The notes: generated from the letters alone by a model not told the origin. A stretch of DNA of 64,000 nucleotides from Promethearchaeota archaeon (GCA_019058445.1 JAHPZA010000004.1:1-64000), one strand, 5' to 3'. Shown: positions 38,422 through 48,177, counted from the stretch's first letter. Program-made: numbers and translations.

Positions 38422-40273
38422 ACCTGCATTAAATAAACTTTTTAGAGAAGAAGATGTAAGAGATATCGAATTATCTCTCCTTAAATCTAAGATAAGCAAA
38501 GCAATTAGATTTTCTGAACGATATTGGATGATTTATAAGCAAAAAACATTTGGAATAGCTACAATTATTGATTTAAGTTATAAAAAATCTTATATTGAGG
38601 TATTATTCTCACCTACGATAGATAAAACACAAACTCAAACCTCATTGGTGCAAATCTTTACTCCTGGTAAGACTACATTTAACTTTAATGAGATTCTTAT
38701 CGAACCAGATACTGATGAGGATGGGCTTGTAAGCCCCCAAAAAATAATTCAAAGACTAAATAGATTAATTAAAAAGGAAGTAAATTACCATCTTACCATT
38801 TTAAATTATGAGCTTGAATTATTAAATGAACAATTTGAAAATTATCCAATAGAAGGGAATCCGTACTTTAGAAAAATTATTGTATATTTTCCAAATTATG
38901 TCGTGGAATTAAGAATTAATATAGAAAATTATCCTGAAGTCCCAAGTTTATCTGAAAAAGATCAATTAACTATTAGAAGATTTATTGAACCAATAGCAGA
39001 AAAAATAAGGGTAAAATTATTAGAAAGGTATGGAATATCCGCATTTGAAAGATATGGAGAAGAAGTTCATATTTATGATGATAAATTAGAGATTTTTATA
39101 GAAAAATCTAAAATGCCATTTATAGTGAAATTTAAAAGAGGATTTGAGAAAAGAGTTAGAGAACTATTTAAATTAAAACCTAAAGATGTAATTGAAGATT
39201 ATAAAGACTTAAAATATATTATAAAAGAAAGGGATTTTAACAAAATAGAGCTGATTAAAAACTGGAAAGTTGAGAATGCGCCCCATATTGTCGAGTTAAT
39301 TGAATCAATTTTGGAGATAATGAAAAATTCTCAACATCTTATCCTTAAAAATGTATCACTATTGGATAAAATTCATAATATATCATTTAAAGTTCATAGA
39401 GGACAATCAATTGGCATTTATTATAAGTTAAAAGAACCAAACCATATATTAGCTGAAAATCCTATCATTGAATTATTTCATACAATTGAGGGTAGAAGTG
39501 CCGATTATTCAGGAGAAATTTCTGTTTTTGGTACTAAATACATCCCCAATGGCTATAATAAGAGTGAAGGGATATTGATTACAACCGGTGAAATAGATTC
39601 GAAAATACGAAATATGAAAATTAAAAAAGCAATTCTTTACAATTTATATCTCATAGGAAAGAGAAAAAGCAAAAAAACGTTAATAAACAAGGCACTGGAG
39701 ATAACTGGATTATTATATAGAAAAAACGAAAAAGTGGCTAATTTAACTATATTAGAACAAATTTTATTCTCAATTTCTAGAGCTCTTTTAAGAAGGCAGA
39801 GTATTATAATGGTTTCCATCCCTCTTAGTGAAATAGGACCCTTAGAAAGTGAACAATTTAATCGTTATGTAGAAAACATTAAGCAAGAATTTCATGTTGT
39901 TCTAATAATTCACGGTCCAAAAAGTATTGTTTCAAATTGCGACAAGATTATTACAGTTAAAGATAAACAGGCAGAAATAGGTACAATTAAGCATTATATT
40001 TCAAAAATACCTCAAGCTGGGGAAATTATTACAATTGAATTAGACAAGCCTGATGAAGTTGCTCTTGAAAATATGCTTAAAATTCAAACTGGTATATTTA
40101 TTGAAGAAAGAAAAAATGAAAGATATAAGATATATTGTATAGATGAGAACCCTAATAAAATACTTGTTAAATTATTCGAAACTATTGGAGATCATATGTA
40201 CAATTTTAAAAGACATAAGGCGTCATTAGAAGAATATTTAGAATTTATGGAAATTAAAGAAAAAATGGGATAA
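38414..40273 (+). CDS. Fusion: UEV/E2/RWD-like domain + degenerate ABC ATPase
   Basis: LRINIENYPEVP and LIKNWKVENAPHIVELIESI (UBC-fold-like); IHNISFKVHRGQSIGI without Walker A, LTILEQ..ISRALL in place of LSGGQ, CDKII. Confidence 0.65.
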   Translation: MNKPALNKLFREEDVRDIELSLLKSKISKAIRFSERYWMIYKQKTFGIATIIDLSYKKSYIEVLFSPTIDKTQTQTSLVQIFTPGKTTFNFNEILIEPDTDEDGLVSPQKIIQRLNRLIKKEVNYHLTILNYELELLNEQFENYPIEGNPYFRKIIVYFPNYVVELRINIENYPEVPSLSEKDQLTIRRFIEPIAEKIRVKLLERYGISAFERYGEEVHIYDDKLEIFIEKSKMPFIVKFKRGFEKRVRELFKLKPKDVIEDYKDLKYIIKERDFNKIELIKNWKVENAPHIVELIESILEIMKNSQHLILKNVSLLDKIHNISFKVHRGQSIGIYYKLKEPNHILAENPIIELFHTIEGRSADYSGEISVFGTKYIPNGYNKSEGILITTGEIDSKIRNMKIKKAILYNLYLIGKRKSKKTLINKALEITGLLYRKNEKVANLTILEQILFSISRALLRRQSIIMVSIPLSEIGPLESEQFNRYVENIKQEFHVVLIIHGPKSIVSNCDKIITVKDKQAEIGTIKHYISKIPQAGEIITIELDKPDEVALENMLKIQTGIFIEERKNERYKIYCIDENPNKILVKLFETIGDHMYNFKRHKASLEEYLEFMEIKEKMG

Positions 40274-40312
40274 AATTAATAATCAGAGAAAATAATTAAA
40301 AAAGGTGTTACA

Positions 40313-41125
40313 ATGATAAAAAGACTGTATATTATGAGATATAATGGAACTCTCTTATATTCAAAACATCTTACTGAGGGAGAACGTTTTGATGATAATA
40401 TTTTAATTGGATTTTTTGCTTCATTAGCAAATTTTAGTAGAGAAGCACTAGAAAGTGAAATTCAATATATTGATCTCGGGCATGATAATAAATTAGTGTT
40501 GTTTCCTCATGCAAGTGAAAAATTACTCGCCACAGCTATCGTAAGTTCTATTGATGATAATGAACTTATCATGAAAATTTTGAGAGATATTTTGCAAGAC
40601 TTCATTGGAGCTTTTGCACCAGATTATAATCCAGATGAAATTAATGAAGAAGAGATGGAAAGCATCATTGAATTAAATGTGAGCGGAAAGATAAGTTATC
40701 CATTAATTAAAAGACTTATATTTTCATGGCTTTTGTTAATTCCGCTCTGCATTTTTTTAAATTTCTTAAACATTACTTCGGGAGATTATATCTTTCAAAA
40801 TTTATATCTTGATAAAGATATTTACACACAAGAGGAGATTTATACTGTGGTATTGCCTACAATGATCCGGATTTCTCTAATTGTTTTATTAATTGTATTT
40901 ATATTACCTAATCTAATTTCTGGCTATTTAGTGTTAGATGCAAAGTTTGCCTATTTAAATTCGGTAATATATATTGTCTTAATCATGGTTATATACTTCT
41001 TTACAATAGAATCTCTATTCGCCTATGTTATTCTCGCCTATCTACCGTTGGTTTTCTTAATCTCAATTGGCTTTGCTTACATAGGATTTCGATATGCTAA
41101 AAAGAGAAAAATTATTAGAAATTAG
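40313..41125 (+). CDS. Longin-like domain + 4 TM membrane protein
   Basis: MIKRLYIMRYNGTLLYSKH...ILIGFFASLANFSRE...IQYIDL longin-type pattern; four C-terminal hydrophobic helices; basic tail. Confidence 0.7.
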   Translation: MIKRLYIMRYNGTLLYSKHLTEGERFDDNILIGFFASLANFSREALESEIQYIDLGHDNKLVLFPHASEKLLATAIVSSIDDNELIMKILRDILQDFIGAFAPDYNPDEINEEEMESIIELNVSGKISYPLIKRLIFSWLLLIPLCIFLNFLNITSGDYIFQNLYLDKDIYTQEEIYTVVLPTMIRISLIVLLIVFILPNLISGYLVLDAKFAYLNSVIYIVLIMVIYFFTIESLFAYVILAYLPLVFLISIGFAYIGFRYAKKRKIIRN

Positions 41126-41177
41126 TTAATTTTCATATCTTAATAATAATACACTTATTAGTAAGCGAATGTAAGGA

Positions 41178-42140
41178 ATGGTTTCGCTAAAACCACCAGT
41201 GATTGATGGGCATATTGATACCGCACTTCAAATTTTAAGAGAACCTCGAAAGTTTGCAGAACGCTCTAAATTTGGACATTGTGATTTACCTCGTATGAAA
41301 GATGCGAATGTGCAAGCTGCGCTTTTTGCGATAGAATCTGGATATACCATGGAAAGTCTGATTACATCCATTGATATTTGGTTTAAATTAGTCTCAAATC
41401 CAGAAAATCAACTTTTCCAGATTAAAAAAATAGATGATTTTAACAGAGCGAGAGATTCTGAACACATTGGTGCTCTGCTTCATTTTGAAGGAGTTTCTGG
41501 AATGGATGATGAGTTAAAGCTTTTAAGAATTGGTTATCAACTCGGACTAAGATCAATGGGATTAACCTGGTCAAATGTCAATAAATTCGCTACTGGAGTA
41601 AGAGTGACCACTAAGCGTCAGCGAAAAACAGGAATTACAGATTTGGGAAGAAAACTTGTCAGAGAAGCGCAAACATTAGGAGTAACAATCGATGTGTCTC
41701 ACTTAAACGACACATCTTTTTGGGATTTATATGAAATTACCGAAAAACCAATTATTGCCACCCATTCAAACGTCCGTTCAGTAAGTAATCACATTAGAAA
41801 CTTAACAAATGAGCAAATTAAAGCCATACATGAAAAACACGGTACTATAGGGATTAATTTTTGTATGAAATTTTTAGATCCTGAACATCCCTATGAAGAA
41901 TATACTAACTTAGGATTAGATGTGATTAAAAAGCATATAGATCATATAGTAAATTTAGCCGATATTAATACCGTTGCTTTAGGGTCTGATTTCGATGGAA
42001 CCTCAGTCCCAAATTGCGTTAGAGACTGTACAAAACTTCCTAATTTATGGGAGTATCTTCTTGAAAACGGTTATAGTGAACAAGATATTAATAAAATCAC
42101 ACATGAGAATCTGCTAAGGGTATTTAAGGAAACGTGGTAA
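41178..42140 (+). CDS. Membrane dipeptidase family (peptidase M19)
   Basis: IDGHID, EG, LTWS, IDVSH, THSN, RNL, LGSDFDG. Confidence 0.93.
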   Translation: MVSLKPPVIDGHIDTALQILREPRKFAERSKFGHCDLPRMKDANVQAALFAIESGYTMESLITSIDIWFKLVSNPENQLFQIKKIDDFNRARDSEHIGALLHFEGVSGMDDELKLLRIGYQLGLRSMGLTWSNVNKFATGVRVTTKRQRKTGITDLGRKLVREAQTLGVTIDVSHLNDTSFWDLYEITEKPIIATHSNVRSVSNHIRNLTNEQIKAIHEKHGTIGINFCMKFLDPEHPYEEYTNLGLDVIKKHIDHIVNLADINTVALGSDFDGTSVPNCVRDCTKLPNLWEYLLENGYSEQDINKITHENLLRVFKETW

Positions 42141-42338
42141 TGAGGTTTTCCATAATGTCATGATTAATCATTATCAGAAAAAATCGTTTCATTAGTACGA
42201 ATTATTGTAGAAAACTATCATTATTAAATTTCACATTTTTATCAAAGTAGTGAAGATTTTAGAGTTCAAATAAAATCTTAAAACCTAGAAAGCAAAATTT
42301 TAAGGTTATTTAATTAAAAAAAGAAATTTCAAAATGAG

Positions 42339-42740
42339 GTGATTAGAATTTCAACACAACATATATTTCATATTAATAAAGTAGAAGAAATTGAACAGCA
42401 ATTTAAAAATGTAAAAGTTGATGCTATGCAAAAAGGTATGGCTACTGCAATGGCAAACTTGTTAACTAAATTTATTCCATTAAACCAAAGAGCGTTAAGA
42501 GGATTCATTTTTCTCTCTTTTCAAGAATGGCAGAAGAAAACAAAAGCTTTTCTGGCCGATATGAATAACGCGGAAGTGCCATTAGAAAAAAAATTTCAAA
42601 TAACTGATGAAATCAATGACATTCTATTACATAAACTTACACGTGTCTTAATTAATGAAAATGATAAGCCTTTGTTAGAAAATGGAATACGTGAAGGAAC
42701 AAAAATACTCCGTGATATTCTCAGGAAACAATGGGCATAA
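42339..42740 (+). CDS. Hypothetical protein
   Basis: Open 133-aa helical protein; the annotated GTG lies inside the SD, so the start may be ATT 42348. Confidence 0.7.
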   Translation: MIRISTQHIFHINKVEEIEQQFKNVKVDAMQKGMATAMANLLTKFIPLNQRALRGFIFLSFQEWQKKTKAFLADMNNAEVPLEKKFQITDEINDILLHKLTRVLINENDKPLLENGIREGTKILRDILRKQWA

Positions 42741-42781
42741 TAAATGATTTCAATCAAATTCTTTTCTTTTTTATTTTTTTA

Positions 42782-42799
42782 ATTCTACAATTGTAGAAT
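42782..42799. promoter_or_regulatory. Perfect 18-bp palindrome upstream of the FAD/CCG operon
   Basis: ATTCTACAATTGTAGAAT is self-complementary. Confidence 0.45.
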
Positions 42800-42943
42800 G
42801 CAAAAATTTGAAATTTAGATATATAAGCGTCTTTGTATTTTAGATTTTCAAATTTCATAGGTAAATTTAAAATTTATTTGTTAATTTTCCCTATTATAAG
42901 ATTTTTCAAATAGTTTAGAAAATTTTAAAAAAAAACAAAATGG

Positions 42944-44437
42944 TTGATTAAAATTTCATACAAATTACCAGATGAAAAAGATTTAGAGGCCATGATTGGC
43001 ATTGTAGGTAAAAAGTATGCCAGCAATAACAAGGCAATCACTGCTTCTTACCTCGCAAAGTCAGTCATGGGGCTGGAAAGCCAAATTCCAGACATCGTAA
43101 TCCGACCGAAATACGTAGAAGAGATTCGTAAAATCTTAATATATTGCTCTGCTGAGAAAATACCTGTTAGTCCTGTTTCGGCAGGATTATCCGGTGGATT
43201 TGCTTGCCCTACTATTAGACCTGGTGGTGTGCTCCTCGATTTGGGGAGAATGGATCGTATCATCGAAATTGACGAAGAAAATCGATATGCTATTATAGAA
43301 CCGGGTGTAACCAATGGTACGCTTTGGGCTTACATGCATAAGAATCATCCTGATTGGGCACCTCCAATTGCTGATGGCGCCCCTCCGGCTGCTACTGTAA
43401 TGGGAGATGCTATAGATAGAGGTTTTTCCTTATATACTTCTAGTGTAGGACCTCAAGGGGATAACTTTATGTGTGGGGAAGTTGTTTTTCCAAATGGTGA
43501 TGTCGTAAGAACAGGATCTTGGGCGCTTCCATTTGCAAAACCATTCTATAAGTATGGGCTTGGTCCAGACATGTGGTCATACCTTATGGGTAGTCAAGGA
43601 ACTATGGGAGTAATAACCAAGGCAGCTGTCAAAATATATCCTCATCCTAAATACAAAACTGTTATAGTATGGGGTATGTCTAATCCTTATGATATGCAAG
43701 ATTTAACACTAGAAGTAGGAAAACAAGAATTTGGGGTTTCTAACCATACCGTTATGGTCCAAGGAGGCAATTATCCACTCGTTATGGCACGCTGGCCAAA
43801 AGATAAAATTCCTCATAATTATGAATTTTTTAAAGAAATAGGTGTAGCAAAGTGGTGGATGAACTGGGAAACATGGGCTCAGACGCAAGAAGAATTGGAT
43901 TATTGTATTAAGAGAATCAACTCTATAGCAAAAGATTTCAAACAAAATCGTGCTAAAGACCCTGATGCTATAAAACCCCAGGAGCTTCATCCTAAACAAA
44001 TCGCAAGCAGAATGAAGAAACCTAATAAGATTGCTATTCCATATTCATTCTGGGAAGCTGGGTTCTTATTCATAACATGGTACACTCCGTGGAACGAATG
44101 TGCCGAATTCGCAGAAATGTACAACGCAGAAATGGAAAAGAGAGGTTTCCCTCCTGTGATGTGGATTGCCAGCATTGAGCGTTGCAGACAAGCAATCTGT
44201 ATGCCAATAATCTGTTTTGACAGTACTAAGGATGAGGATTTTGAAAAGGTCCAAGATTTGAATGCGGTGACTACTGAATATGGTCTAAAAAGAGGATGGC
44301 TTAACTATAGACCAGATCCATACATCCACATACAAGCTTACTATCAAGCAGGTATGTACTGGAAGTATTTACGGGCCTTTAAGAAAATGGTCGATCCTAA
44401 TATGATAATGCATCCCGGCAGATTAGCTCTGCCGTAA
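42944..44437 (+). CDS. FAD-binding oxidoreductase, VAO/GlcD family
   Basis: PDIVIRP, LDLGRMDRI, IEPGVT, RTGS, GSQGTMGVITKA, DPNMIMHPG. Confidence 0.9.
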   Translation: MIKISYKLPDEKDLEAMIGIVGKKYASNNKAITASYLAKSVMGLESQIPDIVIRPKYVEEIRKILIYCSAEKIPVSPVSAGLSGGFACPTIRPGGVLLDLGRMDRIIEIDEENRYAIIEPGVTNGTLWAYMHKNHPDWAPPIADGAPPAATVMGDAIDRGFSLYTSSVGPQGDNFMCGEVVFPNGDVVRTGSWALPFAKPFYKYGLGPDMWSYLMGSQGTMGVITKAAVKIYPHPKYKTVIVWGMSNPYDMQDLTLEVGKQEFGVSNHTVMVQGGNYPLVMARWPKDKIPHNYEFFKEIGVAKWWMNWETWAQTQEELDYCIKRINSIAKDFKQNRAKDPDAIKPQELHPKQIASRMKKPNKIAIPYSFWEAGFLFITWYTPWNECAEFAEMYNAEMEKRGFPPVMWIASIERCRQAICMPIICFDSTKDEDFEKVQDLNAVTTEYGLKRGWLNYRPDPYIHIQAYYQAGMYWKYLRAFKKMVDPNMIMHPGRLALP

Positions 44438-44446
44438 ACAAGGAGG

Positions 44447-45838
44447 TTGAAAAAAATGGCTAAAACAGGAATGGATAGATTACAAGAATTAAAAAAGGAC
44501 ATTTTCAAATGTATTCACTGTAAAGCTTGCAGGTTCGCTTATTCAGGAGAACCAGATAGGGAAGGGATTGGCGAATTTACGGGTAAACAGGGAACAGTTC
44601 TTTATGAAGGAATGGTTGATGCTTGTCCAGCAGGTATAGAATATGGATGGGAAGCGTTTTGGAATGCGGGAAAGATTTGGATTGCTCGATCAATCCTTAA
44701 TGGTGATTTAGAATTTACCGAAGAAGTCAGAGATGTATTGATGCCTTGTATTACTTGCGGACAATGTTCTGCACAATGTGAAAATAAAGTTCGAACAGTC
44801 GATATTATAGAATCCTTACGAGCAGCATGTAAGGAAGCTGGTGTCCCTATGATTGACAAACATCAATTAGTTGATAGATTGGTCAAGGAATTAAACAATC
44901 CGTATGGAGGTAAGGCAGATGAACGATTTAAATGGGCTAAAGACGCAGGCTTAGAAAAATACATTGACAATAAAGATGCGAAAATTGGGTATTATGTGGG
45001 GTGTACTGCGAGCTATCGTCAAGTTGAAGTGGCAATTGCTACTGCAAAAGTATTCGAACAATTAGGGATGAATTTTACCTTGATTTCTGACGAAGTTTGT
45101 TGCGGCAGCCCATTTTTCAGAGTCGGTGCTGTGGATACTGCTCAAGAATTAATGAATAAAAACCTTGAGGCCTTTAAAGGTTTAGAGAAGCTTTACTTCT
45201 CTTGTGCAGGATGTTATCGTACTATAACAATTGATTATCCAAAATGGATGCCCGAAGACCAAAAGCTTCCTTTCAAAACTCAGCATGCTTTTGAATTAAT
45301 TTCTAAATTAATTACAATAGGAAAAGTAAGTTTCAAACCAAATAAAGAATTAAAAGGCAAGGTGGTTACCTATCATGATCCATGTCACACAGGTAGACAC
45401 TTTGCGGTTGACATGGAACAGGAGATGATCAGAGAATCGAAGAATTTAATGTTTGATATGCGCAAAATAAAAGAGAGGCAAGAAGCATGGTTTGATGTTC
45501 CAAGAGTAATCCTAAGGAAATTAGAGGAAGATGTTGGGATAAAATTCACAGAGATGTACCGTATTAAGCTCAATAGCATGTGCTGTGGAGCAGGTGGCGG
45601 AGTCAGAGCAGGATACCCCGACTTTAGTTTGAGAACTGCGAGTTTACGATGTGATGAAGCAAATGCGGTTGGTGCGGATATTTTAACTACAGAATGTCCG
45701 TTCTGCTGGAGAAACTTGTCCGATGCAAACGATCTTTACACGCATGGCTTACAGGTAATGGGCATTCTTGAAATGATAAGTAAGTACAATCTCTTAGACC
45801 TAAAGGAAAAACCAACTCAAAAAGAACTTTTAGAATAA
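44447..45838 (+). CDS. Fe-S oxidoreductase with CCG domains (GlcF/HdrD-like)
   Basis: CIHCKAC, CITCGQCSAQC, YYVGC, CCGSP, YHDPCH, CCGAGGG, CPFC; probable start ATG 44456. Confidence 0.92.
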   Translation: MKKMAKTGMDRLQELKKDIFKCIHCKACRFAYSGEPDREGIGEFTGKQGTVLYEGMVDACPAGIEYGWEAFWNAGKIWIARSILNGDLEFTEEVRDVLMPCITCGQCSAQCENKVRTVDIIESLRAACKEAGVPMIDKHQLVDRLVKELNNPYGGKADERFKWAKDAGLEKYIDNKDAKIGYYVGCTASYRQVEVAIATAKVFEQLGMNFTLISDEVCCGSPFFRVGAVDTAQELMNKNLEAFKGLEKLYFSCAGCYRTITIDYPKWMPEDQKLPFKTQHAFELISKLITIGKVSFKPNKELKGKVVTYHDPCHTGRHFAVDMEQEMIRESKNLMFDMRKIKERQEAWFDVPRVILRKLEEDVGIKFTEMYRIKLNSMCCGAGGGVRAGYPDFSLRTASLRCDEANAVGADILTTECPFCWRNLSDANDLYTHGLQVMGILEMISKYNLLDLKEKPTQKELLE

Positions 45839-45844
45839 ACTAAA

Positions 45845-45872
45845 GAGCATTTCTTTGCTCACTAATTTTTTT
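45845..45872 (+). terminator. Short hairpin plus T-tract after the CCG gene
   Basis: GAGCA-tttctt-TGCTC followed by actaaTTTTTTT. Confidence 0.4.
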
Positions 45873-46029
45873 ATCTCTATTTAAACAATAATTCTATATT
45901 TTCTATATTAAATATTTAAATAATTCTACATTTTACTTTAAATCATAAATATTGGGCTCTGAATTATATTAATAAATCTCTGGCTATTAATTTAATATAG
46001 AATGAAAATTTCGAAAAAATGGTTTAAAG

Positions 46030-48153
46030 GTGAAATGGATGAAAGTATTATTAATCTATGGCAGTCCAAGACATAAAAAATCTGCGTCATATCATCTTGG
46101 AGAGAATTTTGCTAAAGGCATGGAAAGAGCAGGGGCAGAAGTGGACGAAATTATGCTTTGTAAGCAAAAGATTAATCATTGTATCGGTTGTTTTACATGT
46201 TGGACTAAAACTCCAGGAAAATGCATTCATAATGATGATATGGCAGATAATTTACCTAAAATAGAACAAGCAGATTTAATAGTTTATGCTGTTCCGCTAT
46301 ATATTTATACGATTCCGGGATTGGTAAAGGATTTCATGGACCGTTCACTGCCTTTATTTGAACCTTATTTAATTGAAGAAAAAGGTTTTAGTTCACATCC
46401 AAAAAGAGTTCCGAAGACACAAAACATTTTTTTAATAAGCGTGGCAGGTTTTCCCGAATTATCTCATTTCGATTCCTTAGTGCATTTGTTCAAGAAGAGA
46501 TATAGAAGAGATGAATATGTAGGTGAAATATTAGTAGGTGGATCAGAACTAATGAGTATGGATTCCATGCAATATCGATATAAGAAATTATATGATGCAA
46601 TGGAACAAGCGGGTTATGAACTCGTTAAGAATGGGAAAATTTCAGCAGATACGAAAAAGGCGATTGAAAAAGAAACAATTGTACCAAAAAATAAATTGAA
46701 GCTTTTTAGAGAAATGGCAAATAAGTATTGGGACTCCCTTTTACCAAAGGAATATTCTAAAGTTCAGCTAGAAGCAACAAATGATAAACTACTGGAGATA
46801 TCAGATGGAGGTATGGGAGCATTTTTTGCGGGAATGGCTTCACAATATAACCCAAATGTGTTATCAGGACTTAAGGCTGTTCTTCAATTTAATCTCGAAA
46901 ACGAACGATATTATCTCAAAGTTAACCAAAATATCTGTAAAGCTTACAAGGGATCCTATCCTAACCCTACTTTAACAATAAATTCACCAAAAGATGTATG
47001 GATAAAGATTTCAACGGGCAAATTAGAAGGAGCAGATGCGTTGATGAATGGGCTTTACAAAGTTGAGGGCGACTTTAAACTTCTCATGAAAATGAACGAC
47101 TTGTTCTCAAGCGATGACGATGATACTAAAGCAACAAAACCTTCCAATAAAGTCAAGCAAAAAACATCGCAAAAAACCTCAAAACAAGCAAAGCTTCTAA
47201 GCGTAAGCGCCGGAGGAAACGCGGCGTTCTTCGCCGGCATGGCGGCTCAGTTCAATCCACACGCAGAGCCTGATTTAAAGCCTGTTATCCAATTTAAGCT
47301 AGAAGACGAAAATTATCATCTCGTCGTTCAAGGAAACGAGTGTAAAGCTTACGAAGGGATCCATCCCGACCCTACCGTGACGGTTAATACTTCAGCGGAC
47401 GTGTGGATGAAAATTTCGTCCGGAGAATTAAACGGAGCCAAAGCGTTCATGAAAAAAATGTATACGGTAGACGGAGACATGGGGATTTTGCTAAAGTTGA
47501 ACAGATTGTTTTCTGGTGAGGAAGAAATTGCGGATGTCCCTTCAGAACCTCAGATTTCTGCTCGAACGCTAGAAAAGATCCCTGAAACTCGCGGACCTCT
47601 CAAGATACCGGCAATGCTGTGGCTCAACGTTGCCTTCGTGCCATGGATCATCTTTTGGATATGGCACTCAATCGCCCCGGGATTTCTTCCAATGCTAAGC
47701 GTAGCGCTCGTCTCGCTTGTTATCACGCTATACCACTTGAAGACGAATCGTCCCACCTTGTTTGAATACGGATCGTGTGTGTATTTAATTATGGCTACGC
47801 TGTTATATTGGATGGGTATTGAGTTTTTTATAACATATATTAGAATGATTAACAACATTTACTTAGGTGCTTTGTGGTTAATCTCGCTAACCAAGACATT
47901 TTCCTTGACGGCCGAATATTCTAGACACGGACTTCCCAGGGCAATCTGGAACACTCGAGCGTTCCTTGACACCAACAATATTTTAACGGGATTGTGGGGC
48001 ATATATTTTTTGTGCTCGGCAATAATGGATTTAGTCGCGATTACGTACTCTGAATTGTCGCTAGTGCTAATGATAGTTGAGTATCTTTTACTTATACCCA
48101 TGTTTTTGTTTACGTCATGGTTTCAAAAATGGTACCCATCTAAAGTGATGTAG
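46030..48153 (+). CDS. Fusion: iron-sulfur flavoprotein + two SCP2 lipid-binding domains + multi-TM domain
   Basis: GSPR, CIGCFTCW...C; two SCP2-like repeats (LQFNL...ALMNGLYKVEGD and IQFKL...AFMKKMYTVDGD); about 6 C-terminal TM. Confidence 0.85.
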   Translation: MKWMKVLLIYGSPRHKKSASYHLGENFAKGMERAGAEVDEIMLCKQKINHCIGCFTCWTKTPGKCIHNDDMADNLPKIEQADLIVYAVPLYIYTIPGLVKDFMDRSLPLFEPYLIEEKGFSSHPKRVPKTQNIFLISVAGFPELSHFDSLVHLFKKRYRRDEYVGEILVGGSELMSMDSMQYRYKKLYDAMEQAGYELVKNGKISADTKKAIEKETIVPKNKLKLFREMANKYWDSLLPKEYSKVQLEATNDKLLEISDGGMGAFFAGMASQYNPNVLSGLKAVLQFNLENERYYLKVNQNICKAYKGSYPNPTLTINSPKDVWIKISTGKLEGADALMNGLYKVEGDFKLLMKMNDLFSSDDDDTKATKPSNKVKQKTSQKTSKQAKLLSVSAGGNAAFFAGMAAQFNPHAEPDLKPVIQFKLEDENYHLVVQGNECKAYEGIHPDPTVTVNTSADVWMKISSGELNGAKAFMKKMYTVDGDMGILLKLNRLFSGEEEIADVPSEPQISARTLEKIPETRGPLKIPAMLWLNVAFVPWIIFWIWHSIAPGFLPMLSVALVSLVITLYHLKTNRPTLFEYGSCVYLIMATLLYWMGIEFFITYIRMINNIYLGALWLISLTKTFSLTAEYSRHGLPRAIWNTRAFLDTNNILTGLWGIYFLCSAIMDLVAITYSELSLVLMIVEYLLLIPMFLFTSWFQKWYPSKVM

Positions 48154-48177
48154 AAGCTCTGCTCATCAAATCCTAAG

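Noticed and set aside
42781-42800. AATTCTACAATTGTAGAAT resembles a Cas12a-type repeat stem
   Set aside because: Single copy, no spacers and no cas genes; kept only as a palindrome.
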